A stretch of DNA of 64,000 bases from Acidobacteriota bacterium (GCA_021296535.1 JAGWAG010000001.1:94528-158527); one strand, 5' to 3'; counted from the first letter of the stretch, positions 33,756 to 47,031 are shown. Program-made: numbers and translations. Notes: generated by a model not told the origin, from the sequence alone.

Positions 33756-35276
33756 TCACGCCGGGTCGGGATCCTCCGCCAGCCCGATCACCTCGTCATA
33801 CAGCTCGGCACGCCGCCGCCGCAGGCGCTCCACGGTGCCGGTGCGCAGGCCCACCGTCCACAGTGCCCTCAGACCGTGACCGAGCTCGGCGATCAGGCGG
33901 TGGTAGCGGAGGCCGAGCAGCGCCGATGCCGAACAGAGACCGAGCATCCCGGCAACACGCACCCAGAGGGCTTCGGGCACCCAGTCGAACCCCGGCAAGG
34001 GCTCGGTCCAGGCGATGCCGACCGCCAGGCTGGCGACGATCCACGCCGTCGGCAGAATGACGAGACCGAGCATCATCTTGAGCCCCGCCTGCTCCTTTCT
34101 GGTCTTCGAGAGCTTCTTCGCGCCGAGCGCCACCAGGAGGGCCGCCGGCAGGTTGATCAGGTTGCCGACCAGAACGACGGTCGGCAGAAGCAGAAGCATG
34201 ACCAGCGCCTCGGCACCAAGCAGCCCCAGGCGTAGGACCGTCCGTGCCAGCGGCACGCCGTCCAGCTCCCGGTCATTCAGGCCCAGCAGTCGAAGCGCGT
34301 CGTCGTAGCGCCTCACCCTGTCCAGGAGGCTTGCCGTCCCCTCAGGGTCGATGGCGCTCCGCGTACCGTAGCCGGTCCAGACGCGGGCAAAGCCCTCGTC
34401 CCTTTCGCGCATCGGAGCCCGCCGCAACCGCTCGCCCGCCCGGGCGGCAGTCTCGGCCCGCACCAACGACCGCACCCGCTCCATCGCCCGGTGAATGCCC
34501 CAACTCTCCGTCGGGTGGGTCACATCGACCAGTTGCTCCTCGATCACGCCCGTCATCCGTTCGACGAACGTGTCCATCGACGGATCGCCCGCAAGATCGG
34601 CCGGCAACTCAACCGGTGGGTGGAAGGTCACCAGAGCCCGGGACCGGAACCTGTGTTTTCGCTCGTAGTGCAGCCCGACCGGCACGAGCGCCGGGTCGCC
34701 TCCGTTCTCCCGCGCCAGTTGGAACAGGCGCGCCGCTCCGGCCCGCAACTCGAGCAGGCTCGGCTCGTCGTGTGTGGCCCCTTCGGGGAAGATGGCCACG
34801 AAAGACTGGCGGGCCGCCCTGGCAAGGGCGGCAACACTCCGGTGGTTCGCCGCCCGGCGTTCCCGATCGCTTGCCGGGGCGCCCGCTTCACCGCGATCCC
34901 GAGCCCGGTACAGTGGCACGGCGCCGACGCCGCGCAGCAGCCAGCCCACGATGGGCAGACGGAACAGGCCGTGACGGGCCCCGAACGTGACCGGCCGCGG
35001 ACAGAAGCCGAGGATCAGGATGCCGTCGGCGAGACCGTTGGGGTGCCAGGCGACGAGCAGGCCGCCACCATCCTGAGGTACGTTCTCTCTCCCCGTGACC
35101 TCGACCCTGCGGAAGAACAGCCTCGCCAGCATCCGCAGAAAGAACGTCAGGCAACGCCTTCGGAACCCGGGTGGCGCGTTCCGCGCCACCCGTGAACCAT
35201 CCGTACGGCCGTCATCGGGCGTACGGATGGCACCCGGTGGATCGACGCAGTTCATAGACGCAGTTCGCAGACGCAA
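33756..35276 (-). CDS. lysophospholipid acyltransferase (PlsC/LPLAT family) fused to a C-terminal polytopic membrane domain
   Basis: ..LLVAWHPNGLADG.. (Hx4D), ..FPEGATHDE.. acyltransferase motifs; C-terminal 5-6 TM helices. Confidence 0.7.
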   Translation of the reverse strand: MRLRTASMNCVDPPGAIRTPDDGRTDGSRVARNAPPGFRRRCLTFFLRMLARLFFRRVEVTGRENVPQDGGGLLVAWHPNGLADGILILGFCPRPVTFGARHGLFRLPIVGWLLRGVGAVPLYRARDRGEAGAPASDRERRAANHRSVAALARAARQSFVAIFPEGATHDEPSLLELRAGAARLFQLARENGGDPALVPVGLHYERKHRFRSRALVTFHPPVELPADLAGDPSMDTFVERMTGVIEEQLVDVTHPTESWGIHRAMERVRSLVRAETAARAGERLRRAPMRERDEGFARVWTGYGTRSAIDPEGTASLLDRVRRYDDALRLLGLNDRELDGVPLARTVLRLGLLGAEALVMLLLLPTVVLVGNLINLPAALLVALGAKKLSKTRKEQAGLKMMLGLVILPTAWIVASLAVGIAWTEPLPGFDWVPEALWVRVAGMLGLCSASALLGLRYHRLIAELGHGLRALWTVGLRTGTVERLRRRRAELYDEVIGLAEDPDPA

Positions 35277-35312
35277 TTGTACGCCACCGGAGACCCCCGG
35301 AATGCCCCAACC

Positions 35313-35336
35313 GTCCGACCGGTCGGACGCTTGACA
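35313..35336. promoter_or_regulatory. perfect 16-bp palindrome gtccgacc|ggtcggac immediately followed by TTGACA hexamer
   Basis: read directly; located in divergent intergenic region between acyltransferase and comM. Confidence 0.25.
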
Positions 35337-35647
35337 ACTCCTTTCCCCGGCCCTACCGTCTCCTCATCGATGCAATGGAAGGAGGCGCCATGACACCGCC
35401 GGGCCATCTTCAGCCCCCGGCCCACCTGAGCCGAAGCGCCCAGGATGCGAAGCCGGGGGCCGCCAAGTCCGCAGCCTGAGTGGACGAACGACATCCGGCC
35501 GCTTGACCGTCACCTGAATCGCCCGCGCATCTCAGTCGGATCACTGATCTGAACCGGATCGCGACGAGGCCAACCGGAACGAGTCGAGGCCCAGCGGGCG
35601 CCGAACGCCCACCGCGAAAACGCATCCATCCAGGCTTTGGACACCTC

Positions 35648-35677
35648 CGAGAGCGCAGGTTGACACCTGCGCTCTCG
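35648..35677 (+). promoter_or_regulatory. 13-bp perfect inverted repeat with 4-nt loop (cgagagcgcaggt tgac acctgcgctctcg) ~100 nt upstream of comM
   Basis: read directly; no U-tract follows, so operator/attenuator or GC-type terminator. Confidence 0.35.
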
Positions 35678-35776
35678 CTGCGTTCAGGCGTGCCGAACGC
35701 GCAGCACCCGGCCGCAGCCGCGGCCCGTCCCGGTACCGGATCGAGGTTCCCGGAGGTGGTTTCCGTCTAAGTCAGT

Positions 35777-37294
35777 GTGATTGCCTACATGAGTTCCGCG
35801 ACGCCCTGGGGCATCGAGGCGCGAGAGGTCCAGGTGGAGGTGGGGGCCGACTTCGGTCTGCCCGCGATGCAGTTGATCGGGTTGCCGGACACCGCCGTGC
35901 GCGAAAGCCGCGACCGGGTCCGTTCCGCGATCCGTAACAGCGGCTACGACCTGAAGAACCGCAACGTGGTGATCAATCTCGCCCCGGCCGACCTGAAGAA
36001 GGAAGGCAATCAGCTCGACCTGGCGATCGCTCTTGGCCTCCTCACCGCCCACCGCGAGCTGACGACCGATTCGCTGGAAGGCCGCATGGCCTGTGGCGAA
36101 CTGGGCCTGGACGGCGAGGTACGTCCCATCCGGGGCGCCCTTCAGGTCGCCGAGTTGGCCGGCCGGCTCGGCATCCGCGAACTCCTGCTCCCGGCCGCCA
36201 ACAGCCGCCAGGCCGCGGCGCTTTCCGGGACCCCGGTGATTCCGATCACGCACCTCCGCGAGGCGATCCAGCACCTGAGCGGCGACCTGACCATCGCCCC
36301 GGCCACCCCGCTGCCCCGTGCCCGGGCGAACGGCGCGATTCCGGACTTCTCCGATGTCCGGGGCCAGGAAACCGCCAAGCGAGCGCTCGAGGTCGCAGCC
36401 GCCGGGGGCCACAACGTCCTCTTCATGGGGCCGCCGGGCACCGGCAAGACGATGCTCGCTCGCCGGTTGCCGGGCATCCTGCCTCCACTCGGTGAAACGG
36501 AAGCGATCACCGTCACCAAGATTCACTCGCTCTCGGGCTCCGCGCGTGGCAACGCACTGCTGTGGACACGCCCTTTCCGCAGCCCGCACGCCGGGGTTTC
36601 GTCGTCCGGACTGATCGGGGGCGGCTCCATGCCGCGCCCCGGAGAGATCAGCCTCGCACACGGCGGCGTGCTGTTCCTCGACGAACTGCCCGAGTTCCGG
36701 CGCGACGCGCTGGAAGCGCTGCGCCAGCCGCTCGAGGACGGCGTCGTCACCGTCGTCAGGGCTCAGGCCCGACTTACGTTTCCGGCCCGCTTCACCCTGG
36801 TCGCCGCCTGCAACCCCTGCCGTTGCGGCCATCTTGGAGATCCCCGCGCGGAATGCGTCTGTACCACACGGGACATTGACCGCTACCGCCGTCAGCTCTC
36901 GGGACCTCTGCTCGACCGAATCGATCTCCACGTCGAGATGCCGGTGCCCAGTCTGGAGGAACTCAAGGGCCCGGCATGTGAAACGTCCGCCTCGATCGCT
37001 GAGCGCGTGGCGGCCACCAGACGCACCCAGGCCTCCCGGTTCCCAGCCGGACATCCGACTCCGTTGAACAGCGCGATGACGCGACGGGAACTCGATCGCT
37101 ACTGCCGACCGACGGCCGCCGCACAAAGCCTCATCGACGCCGCGTTCGAGCGCCTGGCCATGTCCGCGCGGGCTCTGACCCGTGCGCTCAAGGTCGCTCG
37201 CACGATCGCCGACCTGGACGAGTCCCCCAAGGTCGACGTCACCCACGTTGCGGAGGCGATCCAGTACCGACCGCTGGATCGCAGCGGACCGTGA
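35777..37294 (+). CDS. comM: YifB/ComM-family Mg-chelatase-like AAA+ ATPase
   Basis: Lon-like N-domain, ..VLFMGPPGTGKTMLARRLPGILPPL.. Walker A, ..GGVLFLDELPEF.. Walker B. Confidence 0.9.
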   Translation: MIAYMSSATPWGIEAREVQVEVGADFGLPAMQLIGLPDTAVRESRDRVRSAIRNSGYDLKNRNVVINLAPADLKKEGNQLDLAIALGLLTAHRELTTDSLEGRMACGELGLDGEVRPIRGALQVAELAGRLGIRELLLPAANSRQAAALSGTPVIPITHLREAIQHLSGDLTIAPATPLPRARANGAIPDFSDVRGQETAKRALEVAAAGGHNVLFMGPPGTGKTMLARRLPGILPPLGETEAITVTKIHSLSGSARGNALLWTRPFRSPHAGVSSSGLIGGGSMPRPGEISLAHGGVLFLDELPEFRRDALEALRQPLEDGVVTVVRAQARLTFPARFTLVAACNPCRCGHLGDPRAECVCTTRDIDRYRRQLSGPLLDRIDLHVEMPVPSLEELKGPACETSASIAERVAATRRTQASRFPAGHPTPLNSAMTRRELDRYCRPTAAAQSLIDAAFERLAMSARALTRALKVARTIADLDESPKVDVTHVAEAIQYRPLDRSGP

Positions 37295-37429
37295 CGTCGA
37301 AGCAGAAGGCGGCCCGGCCGGGCTCTCCCCTCCGCCCCGTCCGGCCGCCCACTAACGACCGCAGGCGGGTGCTGCTAGAGTCACTCCGTCGATCCGGTAC
37401 TCCGCGCCGCCCTCGGGAGGGCCGGTTTC

Positions 37430-37458
37430 TTGACATCGATCCGCGCAAGACGGACAAT
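37430..37458 (+). promoter_or_regulatory. candidate sigma70-type promoter TTGACA-N17-GACAAT upstream of M23 peptidase gene
   Basis: hexamers read directly in the 240-nt intergenic region. Confidence 0.3.
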
Positions 37459-37534
37459 ATTCGGGTTCTTCTATACATCGGGCCCCGGCGACTGACGCCC
37501 GCAGCGACTCAGCCCCACACAGGCTTCTTTCAGC

Positions 37535-38422
37535 ATGCGATCCAGGTTTCACACGATTGTCTTCGTCCCGCATTCCCAGAAGCGGACCCGACAGTTCCGT
37601 GTCAGCAGTCGCTGGTTGACGGCCGTCGCGGCTGCAACGGCCCTCGTCCTGGGGTTTGTCGGCTGGGTCTCCGTCACCCAGATGCGGTCGGCGGCGGAAC
37701 TCCGCGACCTTGCCCGCATCGAGCGCGAGAACGAGCAGTTGCGTCGTGCGAACGATACCTTCGAAGCCAGCATCTCTCGCCTGCAGCGAGCGCTGACCGA
37801 CGCCGAGGACCGCACTCGCGACCTCGCGATCGTCGCCGGTCTCGAGCAGATGGTGGGTGGCGAACCGCAGACTCGCCCATCCGAGACTGGCGCCGGCGGC
37901 GGCTACTCGAGCCCCACGGTTTCCAGCAGTCACGACCTGTCGCTGCTCGAAGCTCGAGCCTCCCGGCTCGACGGCCAGCTCGACGAGGTGAAGGGGGCCG
38001 TCGAGGATCGCCTTCTTCTGCTCCGTTCCACGCCCATGACCTCGCCCGTGCGTGGCGTGATCAACAGCGGTTTCGGTTTCCGCCGCGATCCGATCACCGG
38101 GCAGCGTGCCCACCACGACGGCATCGACATCTCGGCAGGCCGTGGCCAGCCGGTCTTCGCGACGGCCGACGGCATCGTCGTGCGCGCTGCAAGGGCGGGC
38201 AACCTGGGGCGCGCCGTCTACGTGGTCCACCGCTTCGGCTACGAAACGCGCTTCGGCCATCTGTCGAAGATACTGGTCGAAGAGGGCCAGGAGGTGCGGC
38301 GCGGCGACACGCTGGGCTGGGTCGGCAACTCCGGGCGAGCGACCGGCTACCACCTGCACTACGAAGTCCGTCGCGGCGGCGACACGCGCGACCCCTTCGA
38401 GTTCATGCGAGACCAGGGATAG
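37535..38422 (+). CDS. M23-family peptidoglycan metalloendopeptidase (EnvC-like, N-terminal TM + coiled coil)
   Basis: ..HHDGIDISAGRGQPV..GWVGNSGRATGYHLHYEV.. LytM motifs. Confidence 0.85.
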   Translation: MRSRFHTIVFVPHSQKRTRQFRVSSRWLTAVAAATALVLGFVGWVSVTQMRSAAELRDLARIERENEQLRRANDTFEASISRLQRALTDAEDRTRDLAIVAGLEQMVGGEPQTRPSETGAGGGYSSPTVSSSHDLSLLEARASRLDGQLDEVKGAVEDRLLLLRSTPMTSPVRGVINSGFGFRRDPITGQRAHHDGIDISAGRGQPVFATADGIVVRAARAGNLGRAVYVVHRFGYETRFGHLSKILVEEGQEVRRGDTLGWVGNSGRATGYHLHYEVRRGGDTRDPFEFMRDQG

Positions 38423-38545
38423 CGGCAGCACCGCGACCGCGGACGTGTCGCGCCCCGGGGAACTCACACACGGCGAATCGTCGCTGCGAATCGGCAGAGT
38501 GTCCGGGCTCGCCGCAGTCGCGCACCTTCCCACGGAAACGAGTCG

Positions 38546-41380
<2,835 letters not shown>

Positions 41381-41471
41381 AAGTCGGCACGAACGCCCCG
41401 GAATCGGCACGGAGCGGCGCCCGGAACCGCCCCCCGCCGACCAGGCGTGCGGATGCGCGCCGCCTTCCCAG

Positions 41472-42968
41472 TTGATAGCGTTCGGCATGGAAACGCCGGA
41501 TTCCGGGGGTGACGCCCCCGCACTTGCCCTTACCTTCGACGACGTCCTTCTGGCGCCGGGCCTGTCGGAGGTGCATCCGAACGATGTCCGCCTCGACACC
41601 CGCATCACGCGCGGGATCGAGCTGAATATCCCGTTGATCTCGGCCGCGATGGACACCGTGACCGAGGCCGAGTTGGCGATTGCCCTGGCTCAGGAGGGCG
41701 GCATCGGGGTAGTCCACAAGAACCTGACGATCGACGACCAGGCCACCGAGGTTGACCGGGTCAAGCGCTCAGAGGCGGGCATGATCGTCAACCCGATCAC
41801 GATCCGGCCCGAGCGGCTCATCCACGAAGCGCTCGACCTGATGGCCCGCTACAAGATCTCCGGCGTCCCGGTGACCGACGGCGACGGCCACCTGGTCGGC
41901 ATCCTGACCAACCGCGACCTGCGGTTCGAGACAAACCTGGGCCTGCCCGTGTCCGACCTGATGACCCACGAGAACCTCGTCACCGTTCCGGAGGGAACGA
42001 CTCTCGAACAGGCCAAGGCCCAGCTTCACCGCCACCGGATCGAGAAACTCCTCGTCGTGGACGACGAGGGCAACCTGAAGGGCCTGATCACGGTCAAGGA
42101 CATTCAGAAGATGATGCAGTACCCGATCGCCTGCAAGGACGACCTCGGTCGTCTCCGCGTGGCGGCGGCGGTCGGGACCGCAGGCGACTACCTGGAACGG
42201 GCGCACGCGCTGGCGGCGGCCCAGGCCGACGTCCTCGTCGTGGACTCCTCTCACGCCCACAGCCTCGGCGTCCTCGAGGCGACCGCCCGGATCCGCGAGG
42301 CACTGCCCGACGCTCAACTCCTCGTCGGCAACGTGGCGACGGCTGAAGGCGCACGATCGCTCGCTGAGCGCGGCGCGGACGGGATCAAGGTCGGCATCGG
42401 CCCGGGGAGCATCTGCACCACACGCGTCGTCACCGGCGCCGGCATGCCCCAGGTGACGGCAATCCGCGACGCCGCCGGCGCCGCCGGCGATCTGCCCATC
42501 GTCGCCGACGGCGGTATCCGCTTCTCGGGCGACCTGACCAAGGCGCTGGCCTGCGGCGCTCACGGCGTGATGGTCGGCTCCCTGCTCGCCGGCACCGAGG
42601 AAAGCCCCGGCGAGACGATCCTCTATCAGGGCCGCAGCTACAAGGCGTATCGGGGCATGGGCTCCCTGTCCGCGATGGCCGAAGGCAGCGCCGAGCGGTA
42701 CTTCCAGTCGGACGATCAGCCGCTATCGAAGCTGGTCCCGGAGGGCATCGAGGGAATGGTCCCCCACAAGGGCAGCGTGCACCAGGTCATCGCCCAACTA
42801 ACCGGCGGCCTGCGCGCTGGCATGGGCCTCTCCGGCTGCGGGAGCATCGGCGAACTGAGAACCTCCGCCCGCATGGTCCGGGTCACCGCCGCGGGCCAGA
42901 AGGAAGGCCACGCCCACGACGTGGTGATCACGAAAGAGTCGCCCAACTACTGGGTCGACCGCAGTTGA
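41472..42968 (+). CDS. guaB: IMP dehydrogenase
   Basis: ..[24 protein letters not shown].. ; tandem CBS domains. Confidence 0.95.
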   Translation: MIAFGMETPDSGGDAPALALTFDDVLLAPGLSEVHPNDVRLDTRITRGIELNIPLISAAMDTVTEAELAIALAQEGGIGVVHKNLTIDDQATEVDRVKRSEAGMIVNPITIRPERLIHEALDLMARYKISGVPVTDGDGHLVGILTNRDLRFETNLGLPVSDLMTHENLVTVPEGTTLEQAKAQLHRHRIEKLLVVDDEGNLKGLITVKDIQKMMQYPIACKDDLGRLRVAAAVGTAGDYLERAHALAAAQADVLVVDSSHAHSLGVLEATARIREALPDAQLLVGNVATAEGARSLAERGADGIKVGIGPGSICTTRVVTGAGMPQVTAIRDAAGAAGDLPIVADGGIRFSGDLTKALACGAHGVMVGSLLAGTEESPGETILYQGRSYKAYRGMGSLSAMAEGSAERYFQSDDQPLSKLVPEGIEGMVPHKGSVHQVIAQLTGGLRAGMGLSGCGSIGELRTSARMVRVTAAGQKEGHAHDVVITKESPNYWVDRS

Positions 42969-42981
42969 GCCTGCCGTCAAC

Positions 42982-44217
42982 CTACGCCACGTTCCAGGCG
43001 CGGGGATCGAGATCGTAGGGCAAACGCGTGAGACTCGTCATGCCGTTCTCGGTCACGACGACAAGATCCTCGAGACGCACACCCCACCCGGCTTCCGGGT
43101 CGTAGAGCCCGGGTTCGATCGTCACCACGTCGCCGGCCCGGAGTTCCTCCGTGCCCGGTCCGCTTTCCCGGAAGCTGGGCAGTTCGTGCAGTTCGTAGCC
43201 GACGCCGTGGCCGAGCAGGTGGAAGTAACCCCTTTGCGCGCCGGGGTTCCTGTCGGGCACCTCGAAGCCCGCGTTCTCGAACAGGCGGCACACACGCTCG
43301 TGCAGGGTCCATCCCCGCACGCCGGGCCGAACGGCCTCGAGACTCGTATCGAGCGCTTCCAGCACGAGGCCGTGCGCTCGCAGCAGGTTCTCCGGCGGCT
43401 CGCCGACGCAGAAGGTCCTCGTACAGTCGGCGAAGAGGAGGCCCCTCGGGAACAGGTCGACGACGACGGACTCGCCTGCCCTGAGAACCCGTTCCGGGGT
43501 GCCAGTGCTGTGGCCGGTCGCTCCCTCCTCCGCTGGAGCGACAATGGAGCTCTCGGGCTGTTCCAGACCGCGGCCGGCGAACACCTGAGCCGCAAGCCCC
43601 TTGACCCGGGCCACGGTAAGACGCTCCTCCGCGAACCACAGCTCCTTTCCCGTTCGGATCGAGCAGCCGGCCAGCATCCGCGCCACCGATTCGAAGGCCT
43701 CGACCGTTGCTCGACCGGCGACGGCAATCCCCTCGATCTCGCGCGGGGTCTTGGTCCGGCGGAGCGCCAGCATCACTCGGCGTCCCGAGACAGGCTTCCA
43801 TCCGCCTTCTTCGAGGGTCCCCGCCATTGCCAGGGCAGCGCCCGCCACCGGCCGGCCAGCAACCGCCACTCGACCCGGGACAACGCCGGCTCGAGCGAAT
43901 GCCGCCATGACCGCCGCCGCGAGAATCTCCGCGGAGGTCTTCCCTTCGCGCCGAAGGGTCTCCATCCCGAAGTCGGCCGGGTGAATCAGCTCGACGCCCC
44001 CGGCCTCAGCGCGGGCCGCCTCATCCCGCTCCATCGGCGTGAAGTACGCGAGAAAGGCGCCACCGCCATGTGCCACCACGCAGGCATCTCCCAAGCGGGC
44101 GCCTCCGACGAAGGGCAGCAGATCCGGGTCGCGGCTCGACCCGGCGAGCACCAGGAGAGCCTCGGCCTCCTCCCCGGCCAGCAACTCGGCCAGAAGTTCG
44201 CTGCGCGGCCAGGTCAT
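42982..44217 (-). CDS. M24-family Xaa-Pro aminopeptidase/dipeptidase
   Basis: ..HLLGHGVGYELHELP..VVTIEPGLY..GVRLEDLVVVTENG.. metal ligands. Confidence 0.8.
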   Translation of the reverse strand: MTWPRSELLAELLAGEEAEALLVLAGSSRDPDLLPFVGGARLGDACVVAHGGGAFLAYFTPMERDEAARAEAGGVELIHPADFGMETLRREGKTSAEILAAAVMAAFARAGVVPGRVAVAGRPVAGAALAMAGTLEEGGWKPVSGRRVMLALRRTKTPREIEGIAVAGRATVEAFESVARMLAGCSIRTGKELWFAEERLTVARVKGLAAQVFAGRGLEQPESSIVAPAEEGATGHSTGTPERVLRAGESVVVDLFPRGLLFADCTRTFCVGEPPENLLRAHGLVLEALDTSLEAVRPGVRGWTLHERVCRLFENAGFEVPDRNPGAQRGYFHLLGHGVGYELHELPSFRESGPGTEELRAGDVVTIEPGLYDPEAGWGVRLEDLVVVTENGMTSLTRLPYDLDPRAWNVA

Positions 44218-44236
44218 CCCGGCGCCCCAAAGCTCC

Positions 44237-44566
44237 CTAGACGTGGTCGTCCAGGAACGCCTGGAACTGCATCTTCGGAGCCGCGCCGGTCATGCGACCG
44301 GCGATCTCACCATCCTTGAACAGGATGAAGTGCGGGATCCCCTGCACGCCGTAACGCACGGCGACGTCCTGGGCATGGTCGACATCCAGCTTGGCGATCC
44401 TGAGCCGGCCGTCGTATTCATCCGCGAGCTCGTCGAGTACCGGGGCCACCATGCGGCAGGGGCCGCACCAGGTAGCCCAGAAGTCGACCAGAACCGGGCT
44501 ATCGGCGCCCAGCACCTGGTCCTCGAAGCTCTGGCTGTCCACGTTGAAAATCTGTTCGCTTGCCAT
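44237..44566 (-). CDS. trxA: thioredoxin
   Basis: ..VDFWATWCGPCRMVAP.. Confidence 0.95.
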   Translation of the reverse strand: MASEQIFNVDSQSFEDQVLGADSPVLVDFWATWCGPCRMVAPVLDELADEYDGRLRIAKLDVDHAQDVAVRYGVQGIPHFILFKDGEIAGRMTGAAPKMQFQAFLDDHV

Positions 44567-44594
44567 GGGGTTTAGGTCCCTCGTGTCAGGTTAG

Positions 44595-45545
44595 TCAGTT
44601 GGTGGGACTCTCGAGACGGAGAAAGTACTCCCGCGCCGCGTCGGCGTCACGTCCTATCTGCGCGGAAAGGTCCATCATCGACGAGAACAGCTTCTCCTCG
44701 CGAAGGTGCCGGCAGAACGACAGCTCGACGCGCTCGCCATACACATCGCTCGAAAAGTCCAGGATGTGGCTCTCGATCACCCGCCGGTAGTTCTCGTACA
44801 CGGTCGGCCGGGTGCCGATGTTCGTCACGGACCGGAACGCCGCCTCGAAGCTGGGAAAGTACACCTTGGTCACGTACACACCGTTGTGCGGGTAGAGTTC
44901 GTTCTCGGGCGCCAGGTTGATCGTCGGCCACCCGAGCCGCTGCCCCATCCGGTCGCCGCGGGCGATCGTGCCCGTCATTGTGTACGGACGTCCGAGCAGA
45001 TCGTTCGCCTCGGCGATCCTGCCTTCCAGCACGAGGCCGCGGATCCGGCTGCTCGACACCCGCTCGCCACCCGAACGCACTTCGTCGATCTCCACCGCCG
45101 CGAAGCCGCAGGACGCTCCCATCTCCTTGAGCAGCGCCATGTTGCCCTCACGCCGGCGGCCGAAGGTGAAGTTCGAGCCGACATAGAGCTCGGCAACCCC
45201 GAGCTGGCCATGCAGAAAGTCCCGCACGAACGATCGGGCCCGGGTATTCGAGAACTCATGCGAGAAGTGGATCGTGAGCACGTACTCGATGCCGGCCGCC
45301 GCCAGCAGGGCCTCCTTCTGGTCCTGGGTCACCAGCCGCGGCGGCGCTTCGTCCGGTCGGACGACGCTCAGGGGATGCGGATCGAAGGTGATCACGGCAG
45401 AAGGAACGCCGACTTCCCGGGCACGGCCGGCCACCATGTCCAGCACGCTCTGCTGGCCGATGTGGATTCCGTCGTAGTTGCCGATCGTGGCGATCACGCC
45501 ACGCGGCAGTTCCGTCGACTTCATCGCGTCCCGGATCGCCGGCAT
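44595..45545 (-). CDS. ribF: bifunctional riboflavin kinase / FMN adenylyltransferase
   Basis: MPAIRDAMKS..VIATIGNYDGIHIGQQ.. ; C-terminal riboflavin kinase domain; occupies the 3' third of ORF 44595..47108. Confidence 0.85.
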   Translation of the reverse strand: MPAIRDAMKSTELPRGVIATIGNYDGIHIGQQSVLDMVAGRAREVGVPSAVITFDPHPLSVVRPDEAPPRLVTQDQKEALLAAAGIEYVLTIHFSHEFSNTRARSFVRDFLHGQLGVAELYVGSNFTFGRRREGNMALLKEMGASCGFAAVEIDEVRSGGERVSSSRIRGLVLEGRIAEANDLLGRPYTMTGTIARGDRMGQRLGWPTINLAPENELYPHNGVYVTKVYFPSFEAAFRSVTNIGTRPTVYENYRRVIESHILDFSSDVYGERVELSFCRHLREEKLFSSMMDLSAQIGRDADAAREYFLRLESPTN

Positions 45546-47023
45546 CAGGGATTCGCCCCCACCGTGGCCGGCGCGGCGTTCGACGTCCCCTCCAGGGCGA
45601 CGACCCGACCCACCAGGTCGTCCGCGAAGGCATCGGTCACCTCGACCTGCGCGAGCCCGCCCGCGACGATGTCGGCCAGCGACAGGTCGTTCGTGCCGTT
45701 GCCTGCGTCGCGGGAGACGACGTCGTTGATCAGCACCCGGCCGTCGACGTCCGGTGCCATGCCCTGGTGCCGGGCACAGAGCAGGTGCTCCGTCTCCTCG
45801 CAGGGACCCTCGATCAACATCGGCAGGGTCCTGCCGACGAAACGCTGGCGTCGCTCCAGGGCGATCTCCCGTTGCAACTCGAGCAACCGCTCCTTGCGCT
45901 CTTCCGCCACCCGCCGCGGTACCTGGTCCGGCAACGCCGCCGACGGCGTATCGCTCTCGCGGCTGTACAAGAACGCCCCGAGGTGGTCGAAGCGAACTTC
46001 GGCAACGAACTGGAGCAGGTCCTCGAAGGCCGCTTCGTCCTCCCCCGGAAAGCCGACGATGAAGGTCGTGCGCAGGCTCACCTCGGGATCGAGTTCGCGC
46101 GCGCGCTCGAAGATCCGCCGGTAGCGGTCGGCGGTTCCGCCCCGGCGCATCGCCCGCAGCATGCGCCCGTCGCTGTGTTGCAGCGGCATGTCGAGGTACG
46201 ACGCGACTCGCGGTTCGGCCGCCATCAGCTCGAGCAGCGCGTCGTCGAGGGTGGTCGGGTACGCATAGAGGAACCGGATCCACTCGGCGTCGGTGCCCGC
46301 GAGAAGCGCCTCCACCAGACGCGCGAGACCGTGCCGGCCGTACCCCAGATCCTCTCCGTACCGGGTCGTGTCCTGAGCCACGAGCACGAGTTCGCGCGCG
46401 CCGCGCGCCACGAGGTTCCGTCCCTCCGCGACCAGGCTGTCCACGGTGCGGCTGCGCAGCCGGCCCCGCCACACCGGAATGGCGCAGAAGGTGCACGGGT
46501 TGTTGCACCCCTCCGCGACCTTGAGGTACGCGTAGCCGCTCGTCGTGAGCAACCGGCTGTCCCGGTGGTCGAACACGAGGTGAGACGCCGAGGGGTCCGC
46601 GGCCGGCGCGCCGCCGAGCCGCACCAGGGAACCCACCTGCCGCAGCGAGTCGAGATCGACGAAGCCGTCGATCTCCGGGATTTCGGCCTGGAGTTCCTGG
46701 CCGTACCGGTTCGCCATGCAGCCCGCGACCAGGACCTTCCGGACCGGCGCGCCGCCGTCTGACTTTCGGGCAGCGGCGTCCAGGATCGCGTCGATCGACT
46801 CCTCCCTGGCCTCGTCGATGAAGCCGCAGGTGTTCACGATGACCGTCTCCGCCTCGTCCAGATCCGCGACCAACCGGTAACCCTGGCGGCCCAGGACGCC
46901 GAGCATGATCTCGCTGTCGACGTGATTCTTGGCGCAACCGAGGCTGACCAGGCCTACCGCGACCCGGCGCCCCGGCCCGCCGGACTGGCCGCCCGGCTCC
47001 GCCCTGCTCCCGGCGTTCGACAC
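45545..47023 (-). CDS. rimO: ribosomal protein S12 methylthiotransferase RimO (radical SAM MTTase)
   Basis: ..VAVGLVSLGCAKNHVDSE.. MTTase N-domain, ..AEGCNNPCTFCAIP.. radical SAM CxxxCxxC, TRAM domain; GTG start at 47023; TGATG overlap with ribF. Confidence 0.85.
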   Translation of the reverse strand: MSNAGSRAEPGGQSGGPGRRVAVGLVSLGCAKNHVDSEIMLGVLGRQGYRLVADLDEAETVIVNTCGFIDEAREESIDAILDAAARKSDGGAPVRKVLVAGCMANRYGQELQAEIPEIDGFVDLDSLRQVGSLVRLGGAPAADPSASHLVFDHRDSRLLTTSGYAYLKVAEGCNNPCTFCAIPVWRGRLRSRTVDSLVAEGRNLVARGARELVLVAQDTTRYGEDLGYGRHGLARLVEALLAGTDAEWIRFLYAYPTTLDDALLELMAAEPRVASYLDMPLQHSDGRMLRAMRRGGTADRYRRIFERARELDPEVSLRTTFIVGFPGEDEAAFEDLLQFVAEVRFDHLGAFLYSRESDTPSAALPDQVPRRVAEERKERLLELQREIALERRQRFVGRTLPMLIEGPCEETEHLLCARHQGMAPDVDGRVLINDVVSRDAGNGTNDLSLADIVAGGLAQVEVTDAFADDLVGRVVALEGTSNAAPATVGANP

Positions 47024-47031
47024 GGGGCCGG

